Positions 30,861 to 39,807 of a stretch of 64,000 nt of DNA are shown here, in pieces. The position numbers and the translations under genes are program-made. Source of the stretch: Candidatus Bathyarchaeota archaeon (GTDB taxonomy: Archaea; Thermoproteota; Bathyarchaeia; 40CM-2-53-6); assembly GCA_963733055.1 (NCBI GenBank), contig CAVTBR010000002.1, forward strand, positions 448,001 through 512,000, in the 5' to 3' direction. The notes below the pieces were generated by a model. That model was not told where the DNA came from, made no database searches, and was given only the letters and a program-made list of their open reading frames with translations. The number at the start of each line of letters is the position of its first letter. Position 1 is the first letter of the stretch.

Positions 30861-31711
30861 TTCTTAGCCTGCTGAATCGTGTACTCGAGTAACAGCTTCG
30901 GAATGTCAATCCCGGTCACGCGAACGGTGTTCTTGAATTCGGTAGTGTGGTTTACTTCGTGAACAACGAAGCCGCTCTCAGTTTCCATTAGGTCTACGCC
31001 GAAAGCGCCGCCCCCGACGGCTTGAGCTGCTCTTATGCTGAGTTCTGCTAGTTCAGGAGTTACCGGAAGATTCTCAGCCACGCCTCCACGCGCCGTGTTA
31101 GTTCGCCAATCGTCTGGTGGGGCGTTTCGGTAAATGGCGGCGACTGCTTGATCGCCGATCACGTAACACCGGATGTCTCGTTCGGGGCGCCTTATTTTCT
31201 CTTGCAGATAGTAGACTTGTTGGATGGGATGCATGTACTCTCTCGGTTCAAGGATTGCGGTTGCTGAATCAGGGTCTTTGATTTGCGCAACGAGCCTTCC
31301 CCAACTTCCAACAATCGGCTTTACGACTGCTGGGTAGCCTAATTGCTCTAATGCTTTGAGTGATGCTTCTTGGGTGAAGGTGAGGAATGTTCGTGGGGTC
31401 GGAATCTTCGCGTGACTGAGAGATATCGATGCGATAAGTTTGTTTCCACAGGTTGACGCTGCCTTGTAGGAGTTGACGACGGGTCTTCCTCTCGCTTCCA
31501 GTGCTGCGGTTACGTGTATACTCCTGAAGAAGGACATGCAGCGTTGGAGGAAAGCGTCCGCTAATTCGATCCCGTCTTGTTCATTTGTGATGTCCCATGC
31601 GAGTTGATTCGTGTCAAAGAGCTGCAGGTTTATGCTATCGCGTTTTGCGGCGTCTATGATGAGCCGCTCGTCGGGCCTTAACTGATCGTACAACAGGCCA
31701 ACTTTGACCGT
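30857..31711 (-). CDS. lysX: LysW ligase (ATP-grasp LysX/ArgX); 5' end inferred at an ACG codon
   Basis: LYDQLRPDE, KPIVGSWGRL, WRTNTARGG, EVNHTTEFKN. Confidence 0.9.
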   Translation of the reverse strand, partial: TVKVGLLYDQLRPDERLIIDAAKRDSINLQLFDTNQLAWDITNEQDGIELADAFLQRCMSFFRSIHVTAALEARGRPVVNSYKAASTCGNKLIASISLSHAKIPTPRTFLTFTQEASLKALEQLGYPAVVKPIVGSWGRLVAQIKDPDSATAILEPREYMHPIQQVYYLQEKIRRPERDIRCYVIGDQAVAAIYRNAPPDDWRTNTARGGVAENLPVTPELAELSIRAAQAVGGGAFGVDLMETESGFVVHEVNHTTEFKNTVRVTGIDIPKLLLEYTIQQAKK

Positions 31712-31714
31712 TAC

Positions 31715-31888
31715 CTATTCACCCCAATCCTCTTTCTCAATCACTACTGGTTTGATCGAGCGGCCTTGGGGAGTTACTACCACCTCGAAGTCTAGCCCGC
31801 AATCTTGGCAGCTCACAATTTCCCCATTAACGGCATCATCCGGGACTGTGATCTGAGCCTCGCAATCAACACATTTTTCAATAGACAT
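31715..31888 (-). CDS. lysW: Amino-group carrier protein LysW (57 aa; below ORF-track cutoff)
   Basis: MSIEKCVDCEAQITVPDDAVNGEIVSCQDCGLDFEV...EKEDWGE*; GGAGGTGA SD upstream. Confidence 0.95.
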   Translation of the reverse strand: MSIEKCVDCEAQITVPDDAVNGEIVSCQDCGLDFEVVVTPQGRSIKPVVIEKEDWGE

Positions 31889-31962
31889 CCGCTCACCTCC
31901 ATCAAATCGAACTAACGAGTAGTCTAGCGAACACGACCCCTGGGTGCCAGCGTTGGGGCGTT

Positions 31963-33237
31963 CTACTTTGCCTTACGCGCTTGCGTGGTCGCCTTCGCAG
32001 CGACTTTGTACTGCACCGGATTGTTAGAATGATCCCGCTTTCGCGCGTTCGCCACAACGGTTGGCATTGCCCAGATCTCAATGAATCCACTAGACCAAGT
32101 CTGGTCAAACGTCGTGGATGCACCGTATGTTGCCAACGCCGTATCATAGAGTGACATGGGCGAACTTCTTCCGACGACACTGACGGTGCCTTTGTAAACT
32201 TTTAGTTTGATTTCTCCCGAGACATGTTCCTGAGTTTTCTCGACGAAGGCGTCAAGATCTTCTTTGAGTGGGTCGTTCCAAAGTCCAGTATATGCAAGGT
32301 TGGTCCATTCTGTGTCAATTTTCTGTTTGAACCATACTTCATGCCTTGTTAAGACGAGTTTCTCCAGGTCCCTGTGGGCTTCGATTAGTATAGTCGCTGC
32401 TGGGCATTCGTAGATTTCCCGGGATTTGATTCCGACTAGACGGTCTTCGATGTGATCGATTCGGCCAACGCCGTGCTTTCCGCCGATGTAGTTCAGCTTC
32501 TTGATTAGATCGGCAGGGTTGAGGCACCTTCCATTAACGGCTACGGGAACCCCCTTCTCAAATTCAATAGTAAAGTATTCGGGTGTTGCCGGAGCGTTTT
32601 CGGGAGAATTGGTCCATTCGTATGCTTCTTGGGGTGGTTCGACGGCGGGGTTCTCGAGTATGCCACATTCGATTGAGCGACCCCAGATGTTTTGGTCTAC
32701 GCTGTATGGGTTTTCGAGGTCAACCGGGACGGGTATCCCATGTTCTTCGGCGTATCGGATTTCTTGTTCCCGCGGAAGTTTCCATTCCCGGACGGGAGCT
32801 ATGATCTTCAGTTTGGGGTCGAGGGCTTTGATCGTAACTTCGAATCTAACCTGGTCGTTGCCTTTTCCTGTACATCCGTGGGCGACTGCTTGGGCGTGTT
32901 CCTTGTGGGCGATCTCAACGAGTTTCTTGGCGATCAGTGGCCTTGCGAGGGCTGTGCTGATTGGATATTTGGATTCGTAGAGAGCGTTGGCTTTGATTGC
33001 CGGGAAGACATAGTCGTGAAGGAATTCTTCTTTCAAGTCTAGCGTGTAGTGTTTGATCGCTCCGATCAGTTTGGCTTTCTTCCCAACCTCGGTAAGATCA
33101 TCTGCTTGTCCGACGTCTGCGGTAACGGTTATGACGTCGTATCCGTATCTTTCTTTGATCCAGCGGACCATGACGGAGGTGTCGAGGCCGCCGGAGTAGG
33201 CTAAGACGACTTTTTCAGGCATGTAGAATCGGCTCAT
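31963..33237 (-). CDS. argG: Argininosuccinate synthase
   Basis: VVLAYSGGLDTS, HGCTGKGNDQVRF, ENPYSVDQNIWGRS, GIKSREIYE. Confidence 0.96.
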   Translation of the reverse strand: MSRFYMPEKVVLAYSGGLDTSVMVRWIKERYGYDVITVTADVGQADDLTEVGKKAKLIGAIKHYTLDLKEEFLHDYVFPAIKANALYESKYPISTALARPLIAKKLVEIAHKEHAQAVAHGCTGKGNDQVRFEVTIKALDPKLKIIAPVREWKLPREQEIRYAEEHGIPVPVDLENPYSVDQNIWGRSIECGILENPAVEPPQEAYEWTNSPENAPATPEYFTIEFEKGVPVAVNGRCLNPADLIKKLNYIGGKHGVGRIDHIEDRLVGIKSREIYECPAATILIEAHRDLEKLVLTRHEVWFKQKIDTEWTNLAYTGLWNDPLKEDLDAFVEKTQEHVSGEIKLKVYKGTVSVVGRSSPMSLYDTALATYGASTTFDQTWSSGFIEIWAMPTVVANARKRDHSNNPVQYKVAAKATTQARKAK

Positions 33238-33365
33238 TTTGTTAAGGAAACCTTATGAATTCGGCCCATACATTATGTTATCACTAATAAATGTTCCCTG
33301 AAGTTGTGGATTCAGTTATGACAATTCTTGCGACAGAAAAGAAGCAAATCTTGCAGAGCAGCCAA

Positions 33366-33812
33366 ATGGAACTCGATGAGGCTGACCGCAAGATTTTGCT
33401 AGAACTCCAACGCGACGCACGAATCTCATTCAAAACAATTGCACAGAAAGTCGGAGTAAGTGAAGCAACAGTCTTCGTACGAGTGAGAAAGATGCAGGAG
33501 GGGGGGGTGATTCGAGGTTATAGCGCGATCGTCGATCCTAAAGCTGTCGGAAGGGCCCTTACCGCAATTGTACTCGTCCGAGCAACCCCCAAAGCGTTTC
33601 CAGGGACACTTGACGCATTACGAAAATTCGATGAGGTCTATGAAATCTACGATGTGACTGGGGAATATTATTCGATTCTCAAGATTCGGACTAGCGGGAC
33701 GGAAGCGTTAGGAAAGATAATGGATGAAGTCGGAAAGATCGACGGCATCGCTGGAACGGAGACGATCATCGTTCTGCGAACGGTGAAGGAAGATTTTGCC
33801 GTACGGGCCTAG
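33366..33812 (+). CDS. Lrp/AsnC family regulator divergent from the arg/lys operon
   Basis: LDEADRKILLELQRDARIS HTH and VTGEY ligand-binding domain. Confidence 0.9.
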   Translation: MELDEADRKILLELQRDARISFKTIAQKVGVSEATVFVRVRKMQEGGVIRGYSAIVDPKAVGRALTAIVLVRATPKAFPGTLDALRKFDEVYEIYDVTGEYYSILKIRTSGTEALGKIMDEVGKIDGIAGTETIIVLRTVKEDFAVRA

Positions 33813-33826
33813 ATTACTGAGTTCGT

Positions 33827-34009
33827 CTACTTCTTCATGAGGTCGTAGTCGACCCAGATCCAGACCAGGCTCGCAACGAAAATGATAATGCCCGCAGCAA
33901 GCCACGGCGGATAAGTGTAGGAGGCGCCTACGACCGACCAGTAGATGTCGGCTAGGATGATGACAATCCCCATAGCGATCGCAAGCCAGGATTTTGATTT
34001 CGAGTCCAT
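33827..34009 (-). CDS. Small 2-TM protein
   Basis: 60 aa, two hydrophobic helices, ATG start. Confidence 0.55.
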   Translation of the reverse strand: MDSKSKSWLAIAMGIVIILADIYWSVVGASYTYPPWLAAGIIIFVASLVWIWVDYDLMKK

Positions 34010-34319
34010 TGAAATCAGTTAGAGGCAGCTGTTTGGCGCTTAAATGCCTTTCTTAACCAAAACGAACTGAAGGCAACTATCAGTTACCCTCCGTCGGGTA
34101 AAATCAAGTTCACGCTCGGTGCCGGTAACAAAGAAACGGTTTGTCCTGCGATTTACCTTTTTTGTGGAACGGGTTAAATAACTTCAGACTGACAGAAGTC
34201 GCTGGAATAAAGGTCGAAAAACAAGTGGTTAACTCTGATTCAGAACGCGCGTCGAAAAACTACGAACATTTCTAAGCCCGTTCTTGATTCGTGATCTATT
34301 ATCGAGAGTCGAACGAGGT

Positions 34320-34343
34320 CTTATTAACTTCAGAAACCCCGTC
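34320..34343 (+). promoter_or_regulatory. Conserved TATA-containing motif upstream of IPEYP genes (copy 1; others at 37384-37408 and 58599-58616)
   Basis: CTTATTAACTTC(A/T)GAAAC starts about 40 nt before the start codon in three genes. Confidence 0.7.
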
Positions 34344-34362
34344 TGATGTAGGGTCCGTGTTC

Positions 34363-35220
34363 TTGAAACGTCGGGTGGCTGGGTTTGGCTTACTCGTAGT
34401 CATGGTGATGTTTCTTCTAGCTTTGCAACCATTGCCTGTTCACAGCTCCCCAAGTCTATCCCTAGACGGGTCCGGTTCAAACTTTTGCGGTGCTGCGTCG
34501 TGTTCAGTCACGCCGTTCTCGACTAGCAACCCGAATGATGTTATAATCGTAGTTGCAAACACAATTACTGGGCCGAGTGTTACTTTCAACACGCCAACTG
34601 ATAGTCAGGGACATTTGAGTTTCACGCTGAGAAGGTCTACTCCACTCCCCATTTCTGGAACGATGAGTGAATGGTGGGCTGTAGCGTCCCCAACGATTTC
34701 GGCGGACACAATACAAGTTACTACGTCAAGCTCTGCTTTCATCGGATTAGTAGTTTGGGGAATTAGCGGGGCAAATATTGCGTCTCCCTTTGATCCTTCA
34801 GTAGGGGTACCCGCAACAAACAGCGGCGTTGCAACTCCCTGCATGGTCGCTACTTGTACTACTACGGCTAGCGTAACGATTCCATCTACCTCAAACGCTA
34901 ACGACATGATACTGGGTATGATCGGGTACAGTTCAGGCACTCTCGCGGCTGGTTCGGGTTTCACTCTAATAGCAAATCCCAGTACGGCCGGTGCTGAGTA
35001 CAAGATCGTGTCTTCAACCCAGAGTGGCCTCGTAGTCCCACTGACTATCACCTACTCTGAGGATGAAACGACGCTTTGGAGTATGATTGGAGACGCCGTG
35101 CAAACCGCATCCACGCCACCGCCGATACCTGAATACCCACTCGGACTACCATTCCTAGTTATCCTAATGATAGTTGGGTACGGTATAGTTAAGCGCAGAT
35201 CGCTAAACCGCGCATTCTAA
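34363..35220 (+). CDS. Surface protein with IPEYP (PEF-CTERM-like) sorting tail
   Basis: MKRR signal peptide, S/T-rich body, PPPIPEYPLG + TM + KRR. Confidence 0.8.
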   Translation: MKRRVAGFGLLVVMVMFLLALQPLPVHSSPSLSLDGSGSNFCGAASCSVTPFSTSNPNDVIIVVANTITGPSVTFNTPTDSQGHLSFTLRRSTPLPISGTMSEWWAVASPTISADTIQVTTSSSAFIGLVVWGISGANIASPFDPSVGVPATNSGVATPCMVATCTTTASVTIPSTSNANDMILGMIGYSSGTLAAGSGFTLIANPSTAGAEYKIVSSTQSGLVVPLTITYSEDETTLWSMIGDAVQTASTPPPIPEYPLGLPFLVILMIVGYGIVKRRSLNRAF

Positions 35221-35357
35221 AACTAGACGAGCCCACCAAACGGTTTGTTACAGCCCCAAGAATTTGCCCGACCCAACGTAGACGTGACGTTACCATCAGT
35301 TGCTTACGTTATTACCATCTATTACGACCAGTAACTCAGACTCAGGCCATGTTTGTC

Positions 35358-35466
35358 TGGAGCCTCGGGCGGGATTCGATCCCGCGACCTGCCGCTTTCC
35401 TGTCTTCTTGATTACAAGGCGGCCGCTCTCTGGTCAAATTGATCTGCCAGGCTGAGCCACCGAGGC
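35358..35466 (-). tRNA. tRNA-Thr(TGT) with two introns (D-arm ~35429-35444; canonical 37/38 ~35397-35412)
   Basis: GCCTCGG/CCGAGGC acceptor, GCCGC/GCGGC anticodon stem; removing 16+16 nt gives 77 nt ending CCA. Confidence 0.88.
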
Positions 35467-35516
35467 GCAGCGCGAGTATGAACATTCATGCTTAAAATTC
35501 TCGCGACTGAACCTGA

Positions 35517-36755
35517 CTACTTCCGTTTGTAGCGTTTTGCGGCCGCAGTGAGAGCCGTTATTGCGGGGAGTTCCTCCCCGGCGAGGAGCGAGAGCATCGC
35601 ACCTCCAGCCGTGCTCACATGGGAGAGTCGTCCTGCGACTCCGAGGATTCCTGCATAGCCAGCCAAGTGACCGCCCCCGATAACCGTGAAAGCATTGGCA
35701 TTCGCCATCGACTCTAGAATCGCCTTCGTCCCGCTCTCAAAACCTTCCTCTTCGAAAACCCCCATCGGTCCAGAAGCCACCACTGTTCTCGAATCCGCGA
35801 CTATATCAGAGAATCTACCAGCCGTATTAGAACCAATGTCCATCGCCCTACCAACCTTCGATAATCTACGAACCGGTTCGTCCACACGCTCACGATCCTG
35901 TGAAGTTCCAAAGTCGGTTGGCAACACGATGCGTTTCTTGTACTTGGATAGGATACGATTGGCCTTGAGCACTTCGTCACTTGCTGCCCCTACTTCCTCC
36001 TCATCCGCCTCACCAAGTTTAATGTCCATGGCTTTCAGAAACACTTTCGCCACATTACCTCCCACTAGGACTCGGTCCGCTTTCCCCGTCGATAGGATGT
36101 TTTCTATTACGGGAACTTTGTCCTCTATCTTCGCGCCGCCGAGCACGTACGTGATCGGTCGAGCGGGGTTGCTCATCAGCTTCTCAATCACGGATAGCTC
36201 GCCCTCCATCAATTTTCCCGCCGCGGACGGGAGAACGTATGGAAAGCCCACGAGTGAAGCCTGCGATCTGTGCGCCGTAGCGAAAGCATCATTCACATAT
36301 AGATCGAAGAGTGGAGCCAAACGTTTTACGAGGTTTGTTTTCGCGAGTTTCTCAGCCTTATCTTCGAGAATTTCCTCGGCGCAAAACCTAACATTGTCCA
36401 ACACCACGACCTCACCTCTTTTCAAATCCCTCACGGCCCTCCGCGCGGCCGGCCCCATTACGTCATCTATGAAAGTTACCCGTTGAGAGCAGATCTTCTG
36501 TAGGATTTCAGCATGTAGCTCGAGCGACGTAAAATCTCCTCTTCCCGGCCGGCTCTGATGTGATAGAACGGCGACCTTAGCCTCCGACAAGGCGTCGAGC
36601 GTTGGTTTGGCGGCAACGATCCTTCCGTCATCAAGAATCTGGTTGTTGTTCGGGTCGAGGGGCGCGTTGATGTCTAACCTCAGTAGCACGGTCTTGTCTC
36701 GAAGGTCGAAGTCGTCGAGAGTTAGATATTGGTACTCCATGCCGGCGAGACCCAA
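35517..36755 (-). CDS. pgk: Phosphoglycerate kinase
   Basis: LLRLDINAP, SHQSRPG, YVNDAFATAHR, LGGAK, HVSTAGGA. Confidence 0.95.
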   Translation of the reverse strand: MGLAGMEYQYLTLDDFDLRDKTVLLRLDINAPLDPNNNQILDDGRIVAAKPTLDALSEAKVAVLSHQSRPGRGDFTSLELHAEILQKICSQRVTFIDDVMGPAARRAVRDLKRGEVVVLDNVRFCAEEILEDKAEKLAKTNLVKRLAPLFDLYVNDAFATAHRSQASLVGFPYVLPSAAGKLMEGELSVIEKLMSNPARPITYVLGGAKIEDKVPVIENILSTGKADRVLVGGNVAKVFLKAMDIKLGEADEEEVGAASDEVLKANRILSKYKKRIVLPTDFGTSQDRERVDEPVRRLSKVGRAMDIGSNTAGRFSDIVADSRTVVASGPMGVFEEEGFESGTKAILESMANANAFTVIGGGHLAGYAGILGVAGRLSHVSTAGGAMLSLLAGEELPAITALTAAAKRYKRK

Positions 36756-36859
36756 CCTGCATTTTCAATCATACCGTCCCTTTCACTTAATGCCTTTTCG
36801 AAGATGAGGCGGGTTCGATTGGGAACGTTTTTACATGAACCTCCGGTCCTTTGGCGCGT

Positions 36860-36970
36860 GCCGGGGTGGCTCAGCCTGGTAGAGCGCCAGTCAGGCTTAC
36901 GGGACGAAACTCATAATCTGGAAAGCGATGGGCCCAGAAGCCGCGGGCTCGAATCCCGCCCCCGGCACCA
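36860..36970 (+). tRNA. Elongator tRNA-Met(CAT) with two non-canonical introns (~36891-36908 anticodon stem; ~36923-36938 variable region)
   Basis: GCCGGGG/CCCCGGC acceptor plus ACCA; CCAGA-CTCATAA-TCTGG arm restored after removing 18+16 nt (77 nt). Confidence 0.85.
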
Positions 36971-37190
36971 CAACGATGACGTTTCAGGCCCGAACTCCGA
37001 CTTTAATTGTGCCGTCAAATTCGTTTTGCCACAAGATACCTGATGGCCTAGCTCCTGAAACCGAACCCCACTATCGTTCCACTAGGTGGAAATGGAGGAT
37101 GATTACCCTTTGCGACTTCCCCTCCAACCCACGTTAAATACCTAGTCAGCACGTGCGACTATTCTAGTTGATTGATGGAGGTGTTTGAGA

Positions 37191-37271
37191 TTGGCTAAGA
37201 AACGACCAGTTAAGATGAGATTAAGTTCTGAGCACGACAAGAACGTTAGACAGGAGGAACAAGTAGCTTAA
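37191..37271 (+). CDS. Putative 26-aa small peptide MAKKRPVKMRLSSEHDKNVRQEEQVA
   Basis: TTAAATA at ~37134, GGAGGTG SD at 37177-37183, TTG start, terminator downstream. Confidence 0.5.
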   Translation: MAKKRPVKMRLSSEHDKNVRQEEQVA

Positions 37272-37284
37272 GGCTACTAACCCT

Positions 37285-37319
37285 GGGCGGATATCGCCCT
37301 AATTTTCTTTCTTTGTTTT
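37285..37319 (+). terminator. Hairpin plus T-rich terminator
   Basis: GGGCG-GATAT-CGCCC followed by TAATTTTCTTTCTTTGTTTT. Confidence 0.6.
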
Positions 37320-37427
37320 ATCAGATCGTTGACGGAACATCGTTGTTCCGGATCTTAAGCCAAGATCGGGAGCCGAACTAGGACTTATTAACTTCAGAAA
37401 CCCCCGTCAAAAGCAGGGTGCGTGTTA

Positions 37428-38219
37428 ATGAGACGTGGAACGGGGCTTGGGTTACTAGTAGTCTTGCTGATCTTTCTGGTCTTTTTGGAGCCGTTGCCTG
37501 TTCACGCCGCATCAACCCTCGTTCAGCAGAAGGAGGGCGATTGTGCCCCCTGCACAACGCTACCGGTAACTTTCTCGAGCAATGTTGCGAGCGGAAACGT
37601 ACTTGTAGTAACTTTACTTGTGGACCCTACGTTAACTTCTATCACTGACTCATTATCTTCATCATTTACGCAAGCCGCGACCTTTCCCTGTGATGGTGGT
37701 AGCACTATTTGCTACATCTACTACGCTACTCTGGCCTCAAGTGGGTCGGATACAATCACAATTACGATCCCCGGTACCCACATCGTCATTGAAGCGTACG
37801 CATACGAGGTTTCAGGTGTGGCGACGCCCCCAATCGTAACCGCCGTCAGCTCTGGGGCCAGTAGCTTCCCCAGTCCCACTTCGGTTTCCACGGCCTCGAC
37901 CACGTTCCAAAGCGGAGCCTTCGTTCTTAGTACAATCATCGCGGGAAGCCCGGTTACAGCCGGAAGCTCTTTCACACTATCACCTAGTGGGACAAGCCTC
38001 TTTCTGTTTGAAGAATATTCCACGTCCGCTGTAACTTCTCCAACAACGTTCCCAGCGACCTATACGAGCGAATTCTCTTGGTTTGAAATTGGGTTAGTCC
38101 TCAACCCCGCACCGACCCCGCCAATCCCAGAGTATCCGTTCGGACTCCTAATCCTCGCAATCCTCATGCTCATCGGGTATGGCGTAATTAGACGCCGAAC
38201 CCGAAACGATTACACCTAA
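37428..38219 (+). CDS. Surface protein with IPEYP sorting tail
   Basis: MRR signal peptide, S/T-rich body, PTPPIPEYPFG + TM + RRR. Confidence 0.8.
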   Translation: MRRGTGLGLLVVLLIFLVFLEPLPVHAASTLVQQKEGDCAPCTTLPVTFSSNVASGNVLVVTLLVDPTLTSITDSLSSSFTQAATFPCDGGSTICYIYYATLASSGSDTITITIPGTHIVIEAYAYEVSGVATPPIVTAVSSGASSFPSPTSVSTASTTFQSGAFVLSTIIAGSPVTAGSSFTLSPSGTSLFLFEEYSTSAVTSPTTFPATYTSEFSWFEIGLVLNPAPTPPIPEYPFGLLILAILMLIGYGVIRRRTRNDYT

Positions 38220-38262
38220 GGTACCTAATTGACTGAGCAACACCAGAATTTTTGGTTTAGGC

Positions 38263-38961
38263 TCAATTGAGAATGTCCACGTTTCCGTCTCCTCGGCCAA
38301 CGTATACGCGGTCAGCCATTTTCAAGAAGAGGCCGGTTTCTACCAAACCCGGCAGCATCTTCAGCTGACGGTCTAACCGACTCGGGTTCTCCAGCTTGCC
38401 GAAGTCAGCGTCTAGGATGAAGTTCCCATTATCAGTGATAACCGGGCCGATCTTCCCGGCGCTTTCACGGAGGCGGGCGCGAGCACCCATTGTTGTGAGC
38501 TTTGCCTGAACCGACCTGTAGGCGAAAGGAAATACTTCTAGGGGGATAAGCTGTTTCTCGCCCAGGTGCTTTGTGATCTTTCTTTCATCCACAACTATCG
38601 CGAGCTTATGGGCCGCCGAATCAACAACCTTCTCCTTCAACAAGGCCCCGCCCCCACCCTTGATCAGGTCAAGCGATGGAATTTCCACCTGGTCCGCACC
38701 GTCAATTGCGTAATCGACTGTATGGGCCTCATTCATACTCTTGATTCTCAGTCCGTGTGAGATTGCGAGATTCTCGATCTGATGCGATGTCGGAACAACG
38801 GATAACTCGAAGCCTCTAGCTCGGGATAGCCTAGCGATTTCTGCTAGCGCGTAGGCGGTGGTGGATCCGCTTCCAAGCCCGATGATCCAACCACTCCTAA
38901 TGGGTTGGAGCGCCTTGAGGACCGCTCGCCGCTTAGCGTCCTCAATTGAAGCCAATTTCAT
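38263..38961 (-). CDS. rpiA: Ribose-5-phosphate isomerase A
   Basis: GLGSGST, IDGAD, IKGGGGALLKEK, VITDNGN. Confidence 0.95.
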   Translation of the reverse strand: MKLASIEDAKRRAVLKALQPIRSGWIIGLGSGSTTAYALAEIARLSRARGFELSVVPTSHQIENLAISHGLRIKSMNEAHTVDYAIDGADQVEIPSLDLIKGGGGALLKEKVVDSAAHKLAIVVDERKITKHLGEKQLIPLEVFPFAYRSVQAKLTTMGARARLRESAGKIGPVITDNGNFILDADFGKLENPSRLDRQLKMLPGLVETGLFLKMADRVYVGRGDGNVDILN

Positions 38962-39590
38962 CCTTCCGCTTCGATCTGTTCAAGGCGATCCATAGCCTTG
39001 AGGATTTCCTCACGGATCTGTACAATCCGCTTTTCCGAATCAGTGATCGCCTCTTCATTTTCCTTGCTCTTCGACTGTTGGCCATGATTTGACTGTTGAC
39101 TTCCACCATTACCCACTGTGCCGCCGGAGCGTTCTGACTGTTTTCCGGGCGCGTTGGGAATTCCCGATTTGAGAACTTTCAGTTTCTCGTCGATCTCTGC
39201 AAGCTTGGCCTTGAAGCCTTTGACAACTTCATCCCTCTCAATTTCCAGGTCGTGAAGGTCCACGATCTGCTGGTTCTCTTGTATAGACTTCTCCAACCTC
39301 TTCAGATCGACTTTGTACTTCTCAAGCATCCGATCCCGCTCAACTTCGCTAATCGCGCCGCTCGAGTGGGATTCGTAGATTGTAGTAACAGCAGTGCCGA
39401 GAATCTGTCTTTCAAGTTTCAGTATCTTCAACGACTCCCTGGCCCGGTTCACCGCCTCAAGTGAGGTCGGTGGTTGAGGGTCTAATGTTGAACTGGGCAG
39501 GTTTGGAAGGGGGATTATTCTCTGTGCTTGGGGGGCGGCGGGAGTCTCTTTTTTCTTCCAAAAGGCCATATGGGTTACTAAGTTTACCAA
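38958..39590 (-). CDS. Hypothetical coiled-coil protein
   Basis: Charged helical ORF overlapping the rpiA start by 4 nt. Confidence 0.65.
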   Translation of the reverse strand: MVNLVTHMAFWKKKETPAAPQAQRIIPLPNLPSSTLDPQPPTSLEAVNRARESLKILKLERQILGTAVTTIYESHSSGAISEVERDRMLEKYKVDLKRLEKSIQENQQIVDLHDLEIERDEVVKGFKAKLAEIDEKLKVLKSGIPNAPGKQSERSGGTVGNGGSQQSNHGQQSKSKENEEAITDSEKRIVQIREEILKAMDRLEQIEAEG

Positions 39591-39807
39591 AGTCCGCCCC
39601 TGAATTACCCGTGGTTTATCTTTGATTGGGTGTAATAATATGTTCTATAGAATCATCCAGTTGATGGATACTTTCATTCATCTGTCATCCTTTTGCATGG
39701 TGGGAGAATTGTTTTCTGGGTTCTTTTAGTCCTGACGGCGAAGAAGGCTATCCTGGTAACCTGTCTGCGTGTCCAAGGTCTTCCTACGATATGAGAGGGC
39801 GAGCGAT

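Noticed and set aside
34064-34096. Possible right TIR ending GTTACC exactly 8 bp before the 34097 left TIR
   Set aside because: Only about 13/25 identity and no matching left end found
35686-36486. 266-aa ORF antisense to pgk
   Set aside because: Codon-mirror shadow of a conserved gene
37320-38262. TIR/TSD around the 37428 IPEYP gene
   Set aside because: It shares the promoter motif but no terminal repeats were recognisable
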